A stretch of 64,000 bases of DNA from Smithellaceae bacterium (GCA_963682015.1 OY820932.1:2010618-2074617); one strand, 5' to 3'; shown: positions 26,203 to 34,914, numbered from the stretch's first letter. The notes: generated from the letters alone by a model not told the origin. A program made the numbers and translations.

Positions 26203-27507
26203 CTATCTTGCTCGCGCCTGGAGCGCCTCAATAAACGCCCCGATCTGCGCCTTCCACTGCGCTTCCGAATAATCCCGCAGATCCACCATGTCGGAGACGA
26301 GCTGCATCATCGGCAGGTCCGAGTATTTGGAAAGCTCGTTTTTCATATGGATCTGTCCGACGGTGGTGGCCCGGCAGGAACGGCAGGCATGGAAAACCAC
26401 CCCGTCGATCTTGTAGTCGTCGATCATTCCCAGCAGTTTTTCCACAATGGGGTTGCCGCTACGTGCCCGGGCTTTCTCATGGTAGGCGGTGTAACGGAGA
26501 AAGGCCCGCCAGGCGAGATAATCCACCGGGTCCTTCACGTGCGAGGGCACTTCCACCGGGTCAAAACCCCGGTAGACGTTTTCAATGACAAACACCGCAC
26601 CGAAGCTTTCAAAATAATTGAAGATCCACAGCGTATGCCAGGGAGGAAGCCCTCCACCGTAGAGAACGCGGTACTTCTCATCGGCAATGACGCCGATCTT
26701 GTGATCCACCTTGTATTTTACTTCATCATAGAGCTTCTGGTAGAAATCGACAGCCACCTGTGTGCCGGAGTAGTAGTGCCCGGCCACCATGATGCTGAAG
26801 TGGTCCTGAGAAGGCATCGGACAGGGAACGGCCACTCTCAGCCGGTCGATGTCGTACCACAGCTGCCAGGCCTTATCGCCCAGGCGGATGCACTCCCAGA
26901 GTCTTTCCTTATCCATCTTCTTTCCGGTTTGTTTCTCCAAAAACTCAATTAATCCGGCAAGCTGGTCGCGCTGATATTTGATGTAGTAGTCTCGCACGGC
27001 GTTCAGATCATCCTGCGGGGGAGGATAGACCACGTCAATGCCGAACGTCGGGGCCTCCAGGTAGCGGCTGGTAGCCTGGTACCATTTGAAGCGCGGGTCG
27101 CACACGGCGGAGCTCCCCAGCATCATGTCGGGCATCGGCATGCCGCCGTCGGGGCTCCCGTCGGGTATCCGTCCCTGCTCTTTGCGCATACTGTCGAAAC
27201 CCAGGCCGATCCGGGCGTAGCTGCACAGTACCTGCGAGTAGCCGTCGGCTTCGGCTTTCAGCAGAAAGCGGTCCATCTCCCGTTTGGCGGCGCACAGTCC
27301 CGCGTAGTTTTCCGTGGGCAGCGGCACAACGTCCATCGCACGCAGGATTTCGTCATACTGCGAGGCGACCATCATGTAGGCCACTTTCTTCCCTTGCTCT
27401 CTCGCCAAATGCGCGCTCATGTAAATGTTCTTCACCAGCCCACGTACCTCCCGGGCGGTGTCCGTCCCTTTCACGGCCGTGGTCTTGGCCTGCTGCGTTG
27501 CTTCCAT
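26203..27507 (-). CDS. HGD-D family large subunit, BcrB/BadE/BzdO-like (alternatively HgdA/HadB/FldB-like)
   Basis: ATG at 27507 lies 8 nt after AAGGA (the track starts at TTG 27513). GMPMPDMMLGSSAVCDPRFKWY, EKYRVLYGGGLPPWH and the C-terminal LVSDMVDLRDYSEAQWK resemble my recollection of BCR B-type subunits. Confidence 0.7.
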   Translation of the reverse strand: MEATQQAKTTAVKGTDTAREVRGLVKNIYMSAHLAREQGKKVAYMMVASQYDEILRAMDVVPLPTENYAGLCAAKREMDRFLLKAEADGYSQVLCSYARIGLGFDSMRKEQGRIPDGSPDGGMPMPDMMLGSSAVCDPRFKWYQATSRYLEAPTFGIDVVYPPPQDDLNAVRDYYIKYQRDQLAGLIEFLEKQTGKKMDKERLWECIRLGDKAWQLWYDIDRLRVAVPCPMPSQDHFSIMVAGHYYSGTQVAVDFYQKLYDEVKYKVDHKIGVIADEKYRVLYGGGLPPWHTLWIFNYFESFGAVFVIENVYRGFDPVEVPSHVKDPVDYLAWRAFLRYTAYHEKARARSGNPIVEKLLGMIDDYKIDGVVFHACRSCRATTVGQIHMKNELSKYSDLPMMQLVSDMVDLRDYSEAQWKAQIGAFIEALQARAR

Positions 27508-27524
27508 ATTCAAAATCCTTTTCC

Positions 27525-27553
27525 GTAGGGAACGGTTTTAAACCGTTCCCTAC
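27525..27553. repeat. 29-nt palindromic REP-like element, copy 2 (GTAGGGAACGGTTTtAAACCGTTCCCTAC)
   Basis: Same arms as copy 1, central base differs. Lies 12 nt upstream of the B-like subunit start. Confidence 0.85.
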
Positions 27554-27600
27554 AATTATGTTCTTTTAGAGACTTTGTAAAAATCCCGGAGGCAAGGCGC

Positions 27601-27647
27601 GCAAGGCCGAAGGCGTGAGGCGTACTTTTGATGTACGCCGCAACAAC
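27601..27647. repeat. About 50-nt intergenic repeat module, copy 2
   Basis: GCAAGGCCGAAGGCGTGAGGCGTACTTTTGATGTACGCCGCAACAAC, matching 26101-26153. Confidence 0.7.
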
Positions 27648-27680
27648 TGAGGCCGCAGCGCAACGCCGCATACGGGGTTT

Positions 27681-28826
27681 TTACGGAGTCGAAATCATTT
27701 CCAGGAATGCCTGGATTCTGGTTCGTAATTGCCCGATCGTCGACGTCGAATAATCGTCCTCGATCATCAGCACCGGCAGCTTCAATCCATTGAGGTATTC
27801 TTTCAGATCCGGGCCCTCCAGTTCGCAGGTGTCGCAGTACCGAACGATGTAAAAGATCGCGCCGTTGGCCTTCCACCCGCTGATGAAGTCTTTCAGATAA
27901 CTGAAGCGGCTCTCCAGATCTTCTTTGCGGTTTCCTGCCTGCGGTTTGAGGCTTCTCGGGCAGTGGGTGCACAGGTAGCGCTCTGTCAGGCCGTCCAGGG
28001 GATCATCCGTCTCCGGAACGTCCTCCCAGAAAAAGCGGGTTCCCGTGCACAGGTCGTCCATCACGACGCGGGCGCCGCATTCCTCGACCAGTTGGATGAA
28101 GGCGATGTCGTCGATTTCATTGCCCCATAGAAAAATGCGTGGCAGGCCGTCCGGTTTGGACACAGGACGCTTTTTGATTTCAGCCAGAAGCGTTTCCAGA
28201 AGCTCGATATGTTCCACGGCGGTAATCCCCATGCCGGCGACCAGCACTTTGGTGATTTCCGTTCCCGATATGCGCGGCGGGTCTTCTTTGCGCAGTTCAT
28301 ACAGTTCCCGGAGCAGGGCGCGGCGCCGGTTGTACAGTTTTATGGCTTCTTTCAGTTTCCCCACATCCAGCTTTTTGCCGGAGAATTCCTCCAGGCGGGA
28401 AATGAAATACTGCAATTCGTTTTTGTAAAACGCATCGGAGGACGGTCCCATCATGTGCGGTACGTTGATCATGTGATTGAAGGGCGACGGTTTGTTGCTG
28501 CGCCAGATGTAGTACAGGCGCTCAATGGTGTCGCAGCTGTGCGGGGCGACAAACCCGTCCAGGAAGTCGTATTCGCCTTTCAGCGCCATGTTGAAGCAAC
28601 TTCGGGCAAAGGGGCAGGCCATCGGTTCCAGCAAAGCGTCCGCCTCGTCAATCGGGTCGCTCTGGCTCCCCTGGATACGGTAGGGAATCATATCGAATGC
28701 CGTGATAATCTCGTCCGGGACAAAACAACAAAAATATCCGATAACTTTTTTGCCCGCGCTATGCAGATCCCTTGCCCGCTTTCCTCTGTTTGTATAAATC
28801 TCATTAAACTTTTCGATGACCGTCAT
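27681..28826 (-). CDS. HGD-D family small subunit, BcrC/BadD/BzdN-like (alternatively HgdB/HadC/FldC-like)
   Basis: KKVIGYFCCFVPDEII...PHSCDT...DDLCTGTR...RYCDTCELE...IEDDYSTSTIGQLRTRIQAFLEMI. GGAAGAGAGG precedes the ATG. Confidence 0.8.
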   Translation of the reverse strand: MTVIEKFNEIYTNRGKRARDLHSAGKKVIGYFCCFVPDEIITAFDMIPYRIQGSQSDPIDEADALLEPMACPFARSCFNMALKGEYDFLDGFVAPHSCDTIERLYYIWRSNKPSPFNHMINVPHMMGPSSDAFYKNELQYFISRLEEFSGKKLDVGKLKEAIKLYNRRRALLRELYELRKEDPPRISGTEITKVLVAGMGITAVEHIELLETLLAEIKKRPVSKPDGLPRIFLWGNEIDDIAFIQLVEECGARVVMDDLCTGTRFFWEDVPETDDPLDGLTERYLCTHCPRSLKPQAGNRKEDLESRFSYLKDFISGWKANGAIFYIVRYCDTCELEGPDLKEYLNGLKLPVLMIEDDYSTSTIGQLRTRIQAFLEMISTP

Positions 28827-28922
28827 GTGACCTCTCTTCCGTTTGCAATTTCTTTGTCAGGACAATAAGTACTATTTCATCAAAAAAATATAACTACAGG
28901 CTGGAGCCATTGTTTTAAAATT

Positions 28923-28961
28923 CAGGAGGCCAGGCCTCTAAATGCATCGCCGGGCCTCCTG
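28923..28961 (-). terminator. Hairpin CAGGAGGCC-N21-GGCCTCCTG after the binding-protein gene (possible internal attenuator/terminator)
   Basis: 9-bp stem, followed on the minus strand by AATTTTAAAAC. Located between the SBP stop and the C-like subunit start. Confidence 0.35.
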
Positions 28962-28980
28962 CATCATCGAGAATGATCGT

Positions 28981-30474
28981 TTATTCACCCCAGCCGTTTT
29001 TGCCCTTGCAGCGATCCAGTTTCGGATCCATCCAGGGGAGAACTTTCTCCGCGGAAAGGGTATAAATCTTAACAGGGTGAGAGGCATCTTTAAACCAGTA
29101 ATACGGTGGAATCGTATACGTCGCTTTTTGTTCCGCCGGCGGTCCATATACTTCAGCGGAAAGATCCTGAATCGCCTTGTGGTCGCAAGCCCTCATCTTG
29201 ATAACCTTGCCATTGGCCTGACGATAAGTGTCGCCTTCCCATAATTCGATGATCTTTTCGGCATTCGCGGTCTTGGCCCGTTCCATCAGACTGAGCAGCC
29301 AGTAAGTCTGCATCGACCAGCCTCCGCCGACACTGTGTACGCCGTGTTCGAAGGAAACACCATTGTACGGCGCGGTTTTAAATTTCTTCCACTGGTTATG
29401 ATACGTCGTATAGAGTTTTGTGAATCCGGGAGCCGCGCTGAAAGGAACCGGTGAGTGATAGGGACCTACATGAACCCAGTCTTTCCCGCCGTTGGGGCCC
29501 AGATCCTGCAGCATGGAAGCCGTTGTCATCCAGATATTCGCATAAGGCAGGTTAATTCCCGCCTGCTGAGCCTGTTTGGCCAGGGCCGCCGCGTCAGGCA
29601 CCCAGTCACCCGTGAAAATGACTTCAGCCTCGGAAGCCTTGATCTTGGAAAGATAGGGCGCGAAATCGGTCAAAAAGAGTTTATGGTAATCTTCGCCGAC
29701 GATCTGCGCTTCCGGGTAATATTCCTTCAAGCCCTTTTTGAATCCCTCGGCAAAAATCCGGCCAAAGCCGTAATCCTGACAGAGGATATAAAATTTCTTT
29801 TCCTTTTTACGAATCTGTCCATAGTAATAGGCAAGTCCGCGGGCAACCTGATCGCAGGAAAATCCTCCATGGAAAGAATAGCGGCCGAAATTATCCGCAT
29901 CCTGGATGTCATCGGATGTATTGCTGGCATTGAGGGCGATGACCTTGTGCTGGTTGGCGACCTGATTAATAATTTTCATGATATGGCTGCCGTCGCAGCC
30001 CCAGAGAATATTGGCCTTTTCCTGAAGGATCATTCTCTCCGCCACTTTCTTGGTCTGGTCCGCTCTTCCCTGCGTGTCGCCTTTAATGACCTCAATGAGT
30101 TTCTTTTTACCGTCAACCCAGATACCGCCGCGTTTGTTGATATCGTGGGCGACCCAGGTGACGGTAGACCAGTAAAACTGGCCGTTGATCTGTGAGGGGC
30201 CGGAGAAGGAAGCAATAATCGCAATTTTGATCGTGTCCCCCGTGGGGCTTACCCAGGTACCCGGATCATAGTCCGACATGTCACCCATTTTGCTTGCATC
30301 AAAGGCCGCGTTGGCCTTGCCCAGTTTGTCCGGCGGTTCCGCTTTTGATTCCTTTGTCGCCTTGGTCGCTTTTTTCGCGGCCATGACCGTCGAAGGACTG
30401 TAGGCCATCAGTGATAAAGCGATAAGAGCCAGCAGCATTACAAAAAAAGTTTTTCCCATCCACTTCATTTTCAT
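28981..30474 (-). CDS. Periplasmic ABC-type substrate-binding protein, LivK/Peripla_BP_6 family (orphan: no permease or ATPase genes nearby)
   Basis: ATG at 30474 follows AAAGGAGGAG. Signal peptide MKMKWMGKTFFVMLLALIALSLMAYS. An alternative ATG at 30570 would overlap the ligase stop (ATGA). Confidence 0.75.
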   Translation of the reverse strand: MKMKWMGKTFFVMLLALIALSLMAYSPSTVMAAKKATKATKESKAEPPDKLGKANAAFDASKMGDMSDYDPGTWVSPTGDTIKIAIIASFSGPSQINGQFYWSTVTWVAHDINKRGGIWVDGKKKLIEVIKGDTQGRADQTKKVAERMILQEKANILWGCDGSHIMKIINQVANQHKVIALNASNTSDDIQDADNFGRYSFHGGFSCDQVARGLAYYYGQIRKKEKKFYILCQDYGFGRIFAEGFKKGLKEYYPEAQIVGEDYHKLFLTDFAPYLSKIKASEAEVIFTGDWVPDAAALAKQAQQAGINLPYANIWMTTASMLQDLGPNGGKDWVHVGPYHSPVPFSAAPGFTKLYTTYHNQWKKFKTAPYNGVSFEHGVHSVGGGWSMQTYWLLSLMERAKTANAEKIIELWEGDTYRQANGKVIKMRACDHKAIQDLSAEVYGPPAEQKATYTIPPYYWFKDASHPVKIYTLSAEKVLPWMDPKLDRCKGKNGWGE

Positions 30475-30566
30475 ACTCCTCCTTTTAAATTTCATTACCC
30501 CTGTAACGTTTTGCAATCTGTGATCCGACGTGAACAAACGCGGAAGCGATACCCACAAAGCTCGCT

Positions 30567-32267
30567 TCATTTTCCTCCCGTGTATTTTCCCGCCGCCCGG
30601 AGTTTTTCAATTTCCTCCTTTTCCAGTTCCGTATAGGCAATCTTGCCAACTTTTGTCAGAGGCAGACTATCCCGGAATTCCACTTCGCGCGGACAGGACC
30701 ATTTGATGAGATGTTTCTGGCAATGAGCAATCAGTTCCTGAGCCAGTTCGGGACTTGCCTTGGATTCGTCTTTGAGAACAACGACGGCTTTGACTCTTTC
30801 CACCTGAGCTTCATCGGGAACTCCGATCACGCAGGCCGCCTGCACAGCGGGATGCTTGTCCAGAACGGCCTCCACCTGCACGGGGTAAACATTCATTCCC
30901 GAAGATTTGATCATTCGTTTGAGCCGCAGCTTGAAGTAAAAATAACCGTCCGCATCCATGGTGAAAATATCTCCCGTGTGCAGCCAGATTCGTCCGTCGT
31001 CATGCTTTTTCAGAACCGCTGCCGTTTCCTCGGGTTGTTCCAGATAACCCAGCATCACCGCCGGCCCGCTTACGCACAGTTCGCCTTCCTGACCGACAGG
31101 AACCTCCTGTATTGTTCCGATGCCCACGACTTTAGCCAGCATGTCCGAAAAAGGGATTCCCACGCTCCCTTCACGATACCCGTCGAGTGGCGTGGACATG
31201 ATCCCGGTTACGGCTTCCGTCAGGCCATATCCCTCGACCAGTTGCACATTGCCTCCCTGCCGTTTCACTAGCTCCTCAAACCGGTCTTTGACCTGCCGGG
31301 GCAGCGAATCCGCTCCACAGGATGTTGTTTTGAGACAACTCAAATCCGCTGTCTGGAAATCCGGATTCCGCGTCAGGGCGTCGTAGAGAGTGGGGACACC
31401 GGTGATGAGGGTCGGCTTTTTCTTCTTGATGAGATCCACGACAATCTCCGGCGTAAACTGGGGAACGAGAATGCTCTTGGCGCCCCCCATGAAAGCCGCG
31501 TTGCAGCAGATTCCGAGACCGAAGCCGTGAAAGATGGGCAGAATTGCGAGCACGGAGGCATCTTCCGTCTCCAGACCTTCACCCCAGTTGGCCACCATCA
31601 AGCCTTCGCTGATGAAGTTATAGTTGGAGAGCATAATGCCTTTGGGGAACCCCGTGGTCCCGCCGCTGTACAGGATAACGGCCATTTCATCGGTTCCCAT
31701 ATCCGCCTTGGGCGCTTCGGGATGAGGAGCCGCCATCAGCGCTTTCCAGTATTTGACCATCGGATCGCCATGGATTTTATCGGCGTCCTGATCGCGGGGA
31801 GTCATCTGATCGAAAATACCGGTCAGGATGATCGTTTCCAGCTTGGTTTGATTTTTGACTTCTTTGAATTTGTCATAAAAAATGTCCAGCGTCAGAGCGA
31901 CGCGACTTTTACTGACATTGAGATAATAAATAATTTCCTGCGCTGTGGAGAGGGGATGAATCATGCTGGCGACAATGCCCAGTTTATTCGCTGCGTAAAA
32001 GCAGATGATCCCCTGAGGCGAAGTGGGCATAGAGATGGTGATCCGGTCTCCCTTTTTCATGCCGATTGCGGCCAGTGCGTTGGCGCAGATATCGATGTCC
32101 CGTCCGAATTGCCTGTACGTGGACGTATAGTCAAAAAAGTCGTAGGCAATCCGATCGGGATAACGCTCGACTGTCTGCATCAGAGCCTCATACATGGTCA
32201 CCCGTGGATAATCGATCGTTTCCGGCACTTTGTTGTAGAATTGCAACCAGGGCTTTTGTTTATACAT
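30567..32267 (-). CDS. AMP-forming acyl/aryl-CoA ligase
   Basis: ATG at 32267 follows AAGGA. ILYSGGTTGFPKGIMLS, EGYGLTE, TGD....D.DGYF....R.K..IK..G.NV.P. Confidence 0.85.
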   Translation of the reverse strand: MYKQKPWLQFYNKVPETIDYPRVTMYEALMQTVERYPDRIAYDFFDYTSTYRQFGRDIDICANALAAIGMKKGDRITISMPTSPQGIICFYAANKLGIVASMIHPLSTAQEIIYYLNVSKSRVALTLDIFYDKFKEVKNQTKLETIILTGIFDQMTPRDQDADKIHGDPMVKYWKALMAAPHPEAPKADMGTDEMAVILYSGGTTGFPKGIMLSNYNFISEGLMVANWGEGLETEDASVLAILPIFHGFGLGICCNAAFMGGAKSILVPQFTPEIVVDLIKKKKPTLITGVPTLYDALTRNPDFQTADLSCLKTTSCGADSLPRQVKDRFEELVKRQGGNVQLVEGYGLTEAVTGIMSTPLDGYREGSVGIPFSDMLAKVVGIGTIQEVPVGQEGELCVSGPAVMLGYLEQPEETAAVLKKHDDGRIWLHTGDIFTMDADGYFYFKLRLKRMIKSSGMNVYPVQVEAVLDKHPAVQAACVIGVPDEAQVERVKAVVVLKDESKASPELAQELIAHCQKHLIKWSCPREVEFRDSLPLTKVGKIAYTELEKEEIEKLRAAGKYTGGK

Positions 32268-32340
32268 GATCCTTATTCCTTTCCGGTTAATGTTGAGAAA
32301 TGCAGTTTTCTTTGACTTCAACTTTTTCTTTTCTCCATTT

Positions 32341-32356
32341 TGCAATTTTAAAGCCA
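32341..32356 (-). promoter_or_regulatory. Sigma-54 (-24/-12) promoter TGGCTT-TAAAA-TTGCA for the ligase operon
   Basis: On the minus strand, GG and GC are separated by exactly 10 nt. About 75-90 nt upstream of the ligase ATG. A divergent sigma-54 EBP gene lies next door. Confidence 0.6.
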
Positions 32357-32418
32357 ATTGTCCATGTAATTAATATAATTGAACATATATTAACATAATT
32401 CCTTTCGGCATTATTATT

Positions 32419-32435
32419 CGTTGCATATTGCAACG
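32419..32435. promoter_or_regulatory. Palindrome CGTTGCA-tat-TGCAACG, candidate upstream activator site for the EBP
   Basis: 7-3-7 perfect inverted repeat, about 65-80 nt upstream of the -24 element in the divergent spacer. Confidence 0.45.
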
Positions 32436-32479
32436 GGTCCTTATATAGAAATCGGAACGCAAAGGTTAAAGGTGGAACA

Positions 32480-33889
32480 ATGGATCTGATTAAAAAATAT
32501 CTCGGGGACATTGACGTTTTACTCGACTGCATTGACGAGGCCATTCTCATTGTGGATCACCAGGGAAACATCTTAAAGTACAATGAAACTTTCAGAAATC
32601 TGACGGATACCAGAGGTGAATGGAGTGTCGGCAGAAATTTGAAAGACATCGTCGCCAGCGGACTTTTGAAAGAGTCAGCGGCATTGAAATCGCTGGAAGT
32701 GAAAAAGAAAATGGATATGAACCTTACGTATGAAACCGGGCAGACGGCCACTTGGACATATATTCCCGTCTTCGACGAAAAAGGAAATCTGGTTTTGACC
32801 GTGGGCACCGGACGGGACATTACAAAACTGGTAACTCTGGAGAAAAGACTGAAGCAATCGGAAATTATTATTTCCCAGTATGAAGAGAAAAAATACCTGC
32901 TGGAAGGAAATTTCGGAAGCGGCGAAATTGTATTTTCCAGCAATAAAATGCAGCAGGTCTTGCGCATGGCCTGGAAAGTCTCGGCAAGTTCCTCGCCCGT
33001 CCTGGTCTGGGGAGAAACCGGCGTGGGGAAGGAGCTTGTGGCCGAATACATTCATCAAAGCAGCGACCGCAACCAGAAGCCGTTTATCGCCATTAACTGC
33101 GCGACGATCCCGGATGAACTTCTGGAAGCCGAGTTGTTCGGCTATGAAGAAGGTTCCTTTACCGGCGCCAAGAAAACCGGCAAAAGGGGCCTCCTGGAGG
33201 ACGCCCATGAAGGAACTCTTTTTTTGGATGAAATCGGCGAACTCCCGCTGAAAATGCAGAGCAAATTATTGCGCTTTCTTCAGGAAGGGACTTTCAAGAG
33301 GATCGGCAGCAGCAAGGTCCGTAAAGTCGATGTCCGGATTCTCAGCGCCACGAATCTTTCCGAAAACCAGCTGATGAGCAGCAGTCATTTCCGGCAGGAT
33401 CTTTTCTATCGAATCGGCGTCATGCTGATCTATGTTCCTCCGCTGAGGGAGAGAAAAGAGGACATTTATCCGCTCATCAGAAATTTCGTTCAGCAATTCA
33501 ATACAAAATATCAGACCAATATCATGATTCCCCCGAGAATCATGAATCAACTCTACAATTATGACTGGCCGGGAAATATTCGGGAATTAAAAAACGTTAT
33601 CGAGCGGATCGCCATTCTGTATGGGTACAAGGAACTAACCGAAGAGGACATTGAACTGGTTATGCACAGCAAGCACCAGGATAACCCGGCTGAGCAGACT
33701 GATCTTCCTTCCGGACTTTCCCGTACATTGCCGTCGTCGCTGAAATCAGCCAGGCAAAAGCTTGATGAAAATCTGATCCGGCAAACCTACAAAGCAACGG
33801 GCAGCATCATCAAGACGGCAAGAGCTCTGGGCATCAATCCGTCGACGATTCACAGGAAGATCAAAAAGGGCATTCTCCAGATTGCTTAA
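32480..33889 (+). CDS. Sigma-54-dependent transcriptional activator (PAS sensor, AAA+ domain, Fis-type HTH)
   Basis: PAS-like N-terminus (ILIVDHQGNILKYNE), Walker A GETGVGKE, GSFTGA loop, ELFGYE, WPGNIRELKNVIER, C-terminal HTH ARALGINPSTIHRKI. Confidence 0.9.
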   Translation: MDLIKKYLGDIDVLLDCIDEAILIVDHQGNILKYNETFRNLTDTRGEWSVGRNLKDIVASGLLKESAALKSLEVKKKMDMNLTYETGQTATWTYIPVFDEKGNLVLTVGTGRDITKLVTLEKRLKQSEIIISQYEEKKYLLEGNFGSGEIVFSSNKMQQVLRMAWKVSASSSPVLVWGETGVGKELVAEYIHQSSDRNQKPFIAINCATIPDELLEAELFGYEEGSFTGAKKTGKRGLLEDAHEGTLFLDEIGELPLKMQSKLLRFLQEGTFKRIGSSKVRKVDVRILSATNLSENQLMSSSHFRQDLFYRIGVMLIYVPPLRERKEDIYPLIRNFVQQFNTKYQTNIMIPPRIMNQLYNYDWPGNIRELKNVIERIAILYGYKELTEEDIELVMHSKHQDNPAEQTDLPSGLSRTLPSSLKSARQKLDENLIRQTYKATGSIIKTARALGINPSTIHRKIKKGILQIA

Positions 33890-33913
33890 TCCTATGCGGT
33901 CAAGGATGCTCGC

Positions 33914-33949
33914 ATTGCAAAATGCATCAGCAGATATTGCAAAATGCAT
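33914..33949. repeat. Two 14-nt direct repeats ATTGCAAAATGCAT spaced 22 nt start-to-start
   Basis: 33914-33927 and 33936-33949, between the EBP stop and the DUF1848 start. They share ATTGCAAAATG with the -12 region of the sigma-54 promoter. Confidence 0.6.
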
Positions 33950-33987
33950 TGAGTAAATTATTGGGCTCAGCACAGGTGAAAATTGTC

Positions 33988-34863
33988 ATGATCATCAGTT
34001 GCAGCCGGCGGACGGACATTCCCGCGTTTTACAGTGACTGGCTTATAAACCGGATTCGCGAGGGCAATGTGCAGGTGCGCAATCCGATGAATGCCCGGCA
34101 GGTAAGAAGGGTTTCGCTTGCCCCTGCCGACGTTGACATCATCGTTTTCTGGACAAAAGATCCGTCGCCCATGCTGGATAAACTGCGTATGCTCAACGAC
34201 TATCTATTTTACTTCCAGTTCACGCTGACGCCTTACGATAAGGAGATTGAGCCTCATCTTCCGCCGAAAGCTCAAATCACCGATACGTTTCTGCGGCTGT
34301 CCGATCGAATCGGGGCCCAAAGAGTGGTCTGGCGCTATGATCCCATTCTTTTCACGGATCATATCACGGTCGATTACCACATCGATCATTATGGAGAAAT
34401 GGCAAGGCGACTGGCCGGGCACACTGAAAAATGCGTCATCAGCTTCATCGACATGTACCGGCATATTCAAAAACGGATGGCCGGCCAGTCAGTCAGACAG
34501 CCCGGCGAGCCGGAAACGCGAGCCCTTGCACAGGGCATTTCGCGTATTGCTGGAAGCGTCGGCATCATCATGGAAACCTGTGCGGAGAAAATCGATCTTT
34601 CCGATGCGGGAATCGGGCACGGGAAGTGCGTTGATGACCGGCTGATTTCCGAATTAACCGGAACAGAGGTGCCTACGGTCAAAGACAGGTACCAGCGGGA
34701 GCTTTGCGGATGCGCGGCCAGCGTCGATATCGGCGAATACAATACCTGCGGGCACCTTTGCAATTACTGCTACGCGAATGTAAGCCGCAGAAAAATCGAT
34801 AAAAACCGGTTGCTGCACAATGATCAATCCCCGTTGCTGATTGGAGAGATCGATGAACGATAA
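33988..34863 (+). CDS. DUF1848 domain protein
   Basis: MIISCSRRTDIPAFYSDWL..R...G.V.V.NP.N...V..V.L....VD.IVFWTK, with a C-terminal Cys cluster CGCAASVDIGEYNTCGHLCNYCYA. Confidence 0.7.
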   Translation: MIISCSRRTDIPAFYSDWLINRIREGNVQVRNPMNARQVRRVSLAPADVDIIVFWTKDPSPMLDKLRMLNDYLFYFQFTLTPYDKEIEPHLPPKAQITDTFLRLSDRIGAQRVVWRYDPILFTDHITVDYHIDHYGEMARRLAGHTEKCVISFIDMYRHIQKRMAGQSVRQPGEPETRALAQGISRIAGSVGIIMETCAEKIDLSDAGIGHGKCVDDRLISELTGTEVPTVKDRYQRELCGCAASVDIGEYNTCGHLCNYCYANVSRRKIDKNRLLHNDQSPLLIGEIDER

Positions 34864-34914
34864 AAAGGATATGAAACCGCTTTGGACTTTGCTACAAACA
34901 GTTCCTGTAATCAA

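Noticed and set aside
33895-33930. Sigma-54 promoter in front of the DUF1848 gene (AAGGATGCTCGCATTGCA).
   Set aside because: GG and GC are separated by 11 nt rather than 10, and the -24 element is poor. The second ATTGCAAAATGCAT repeat has no GG at all.
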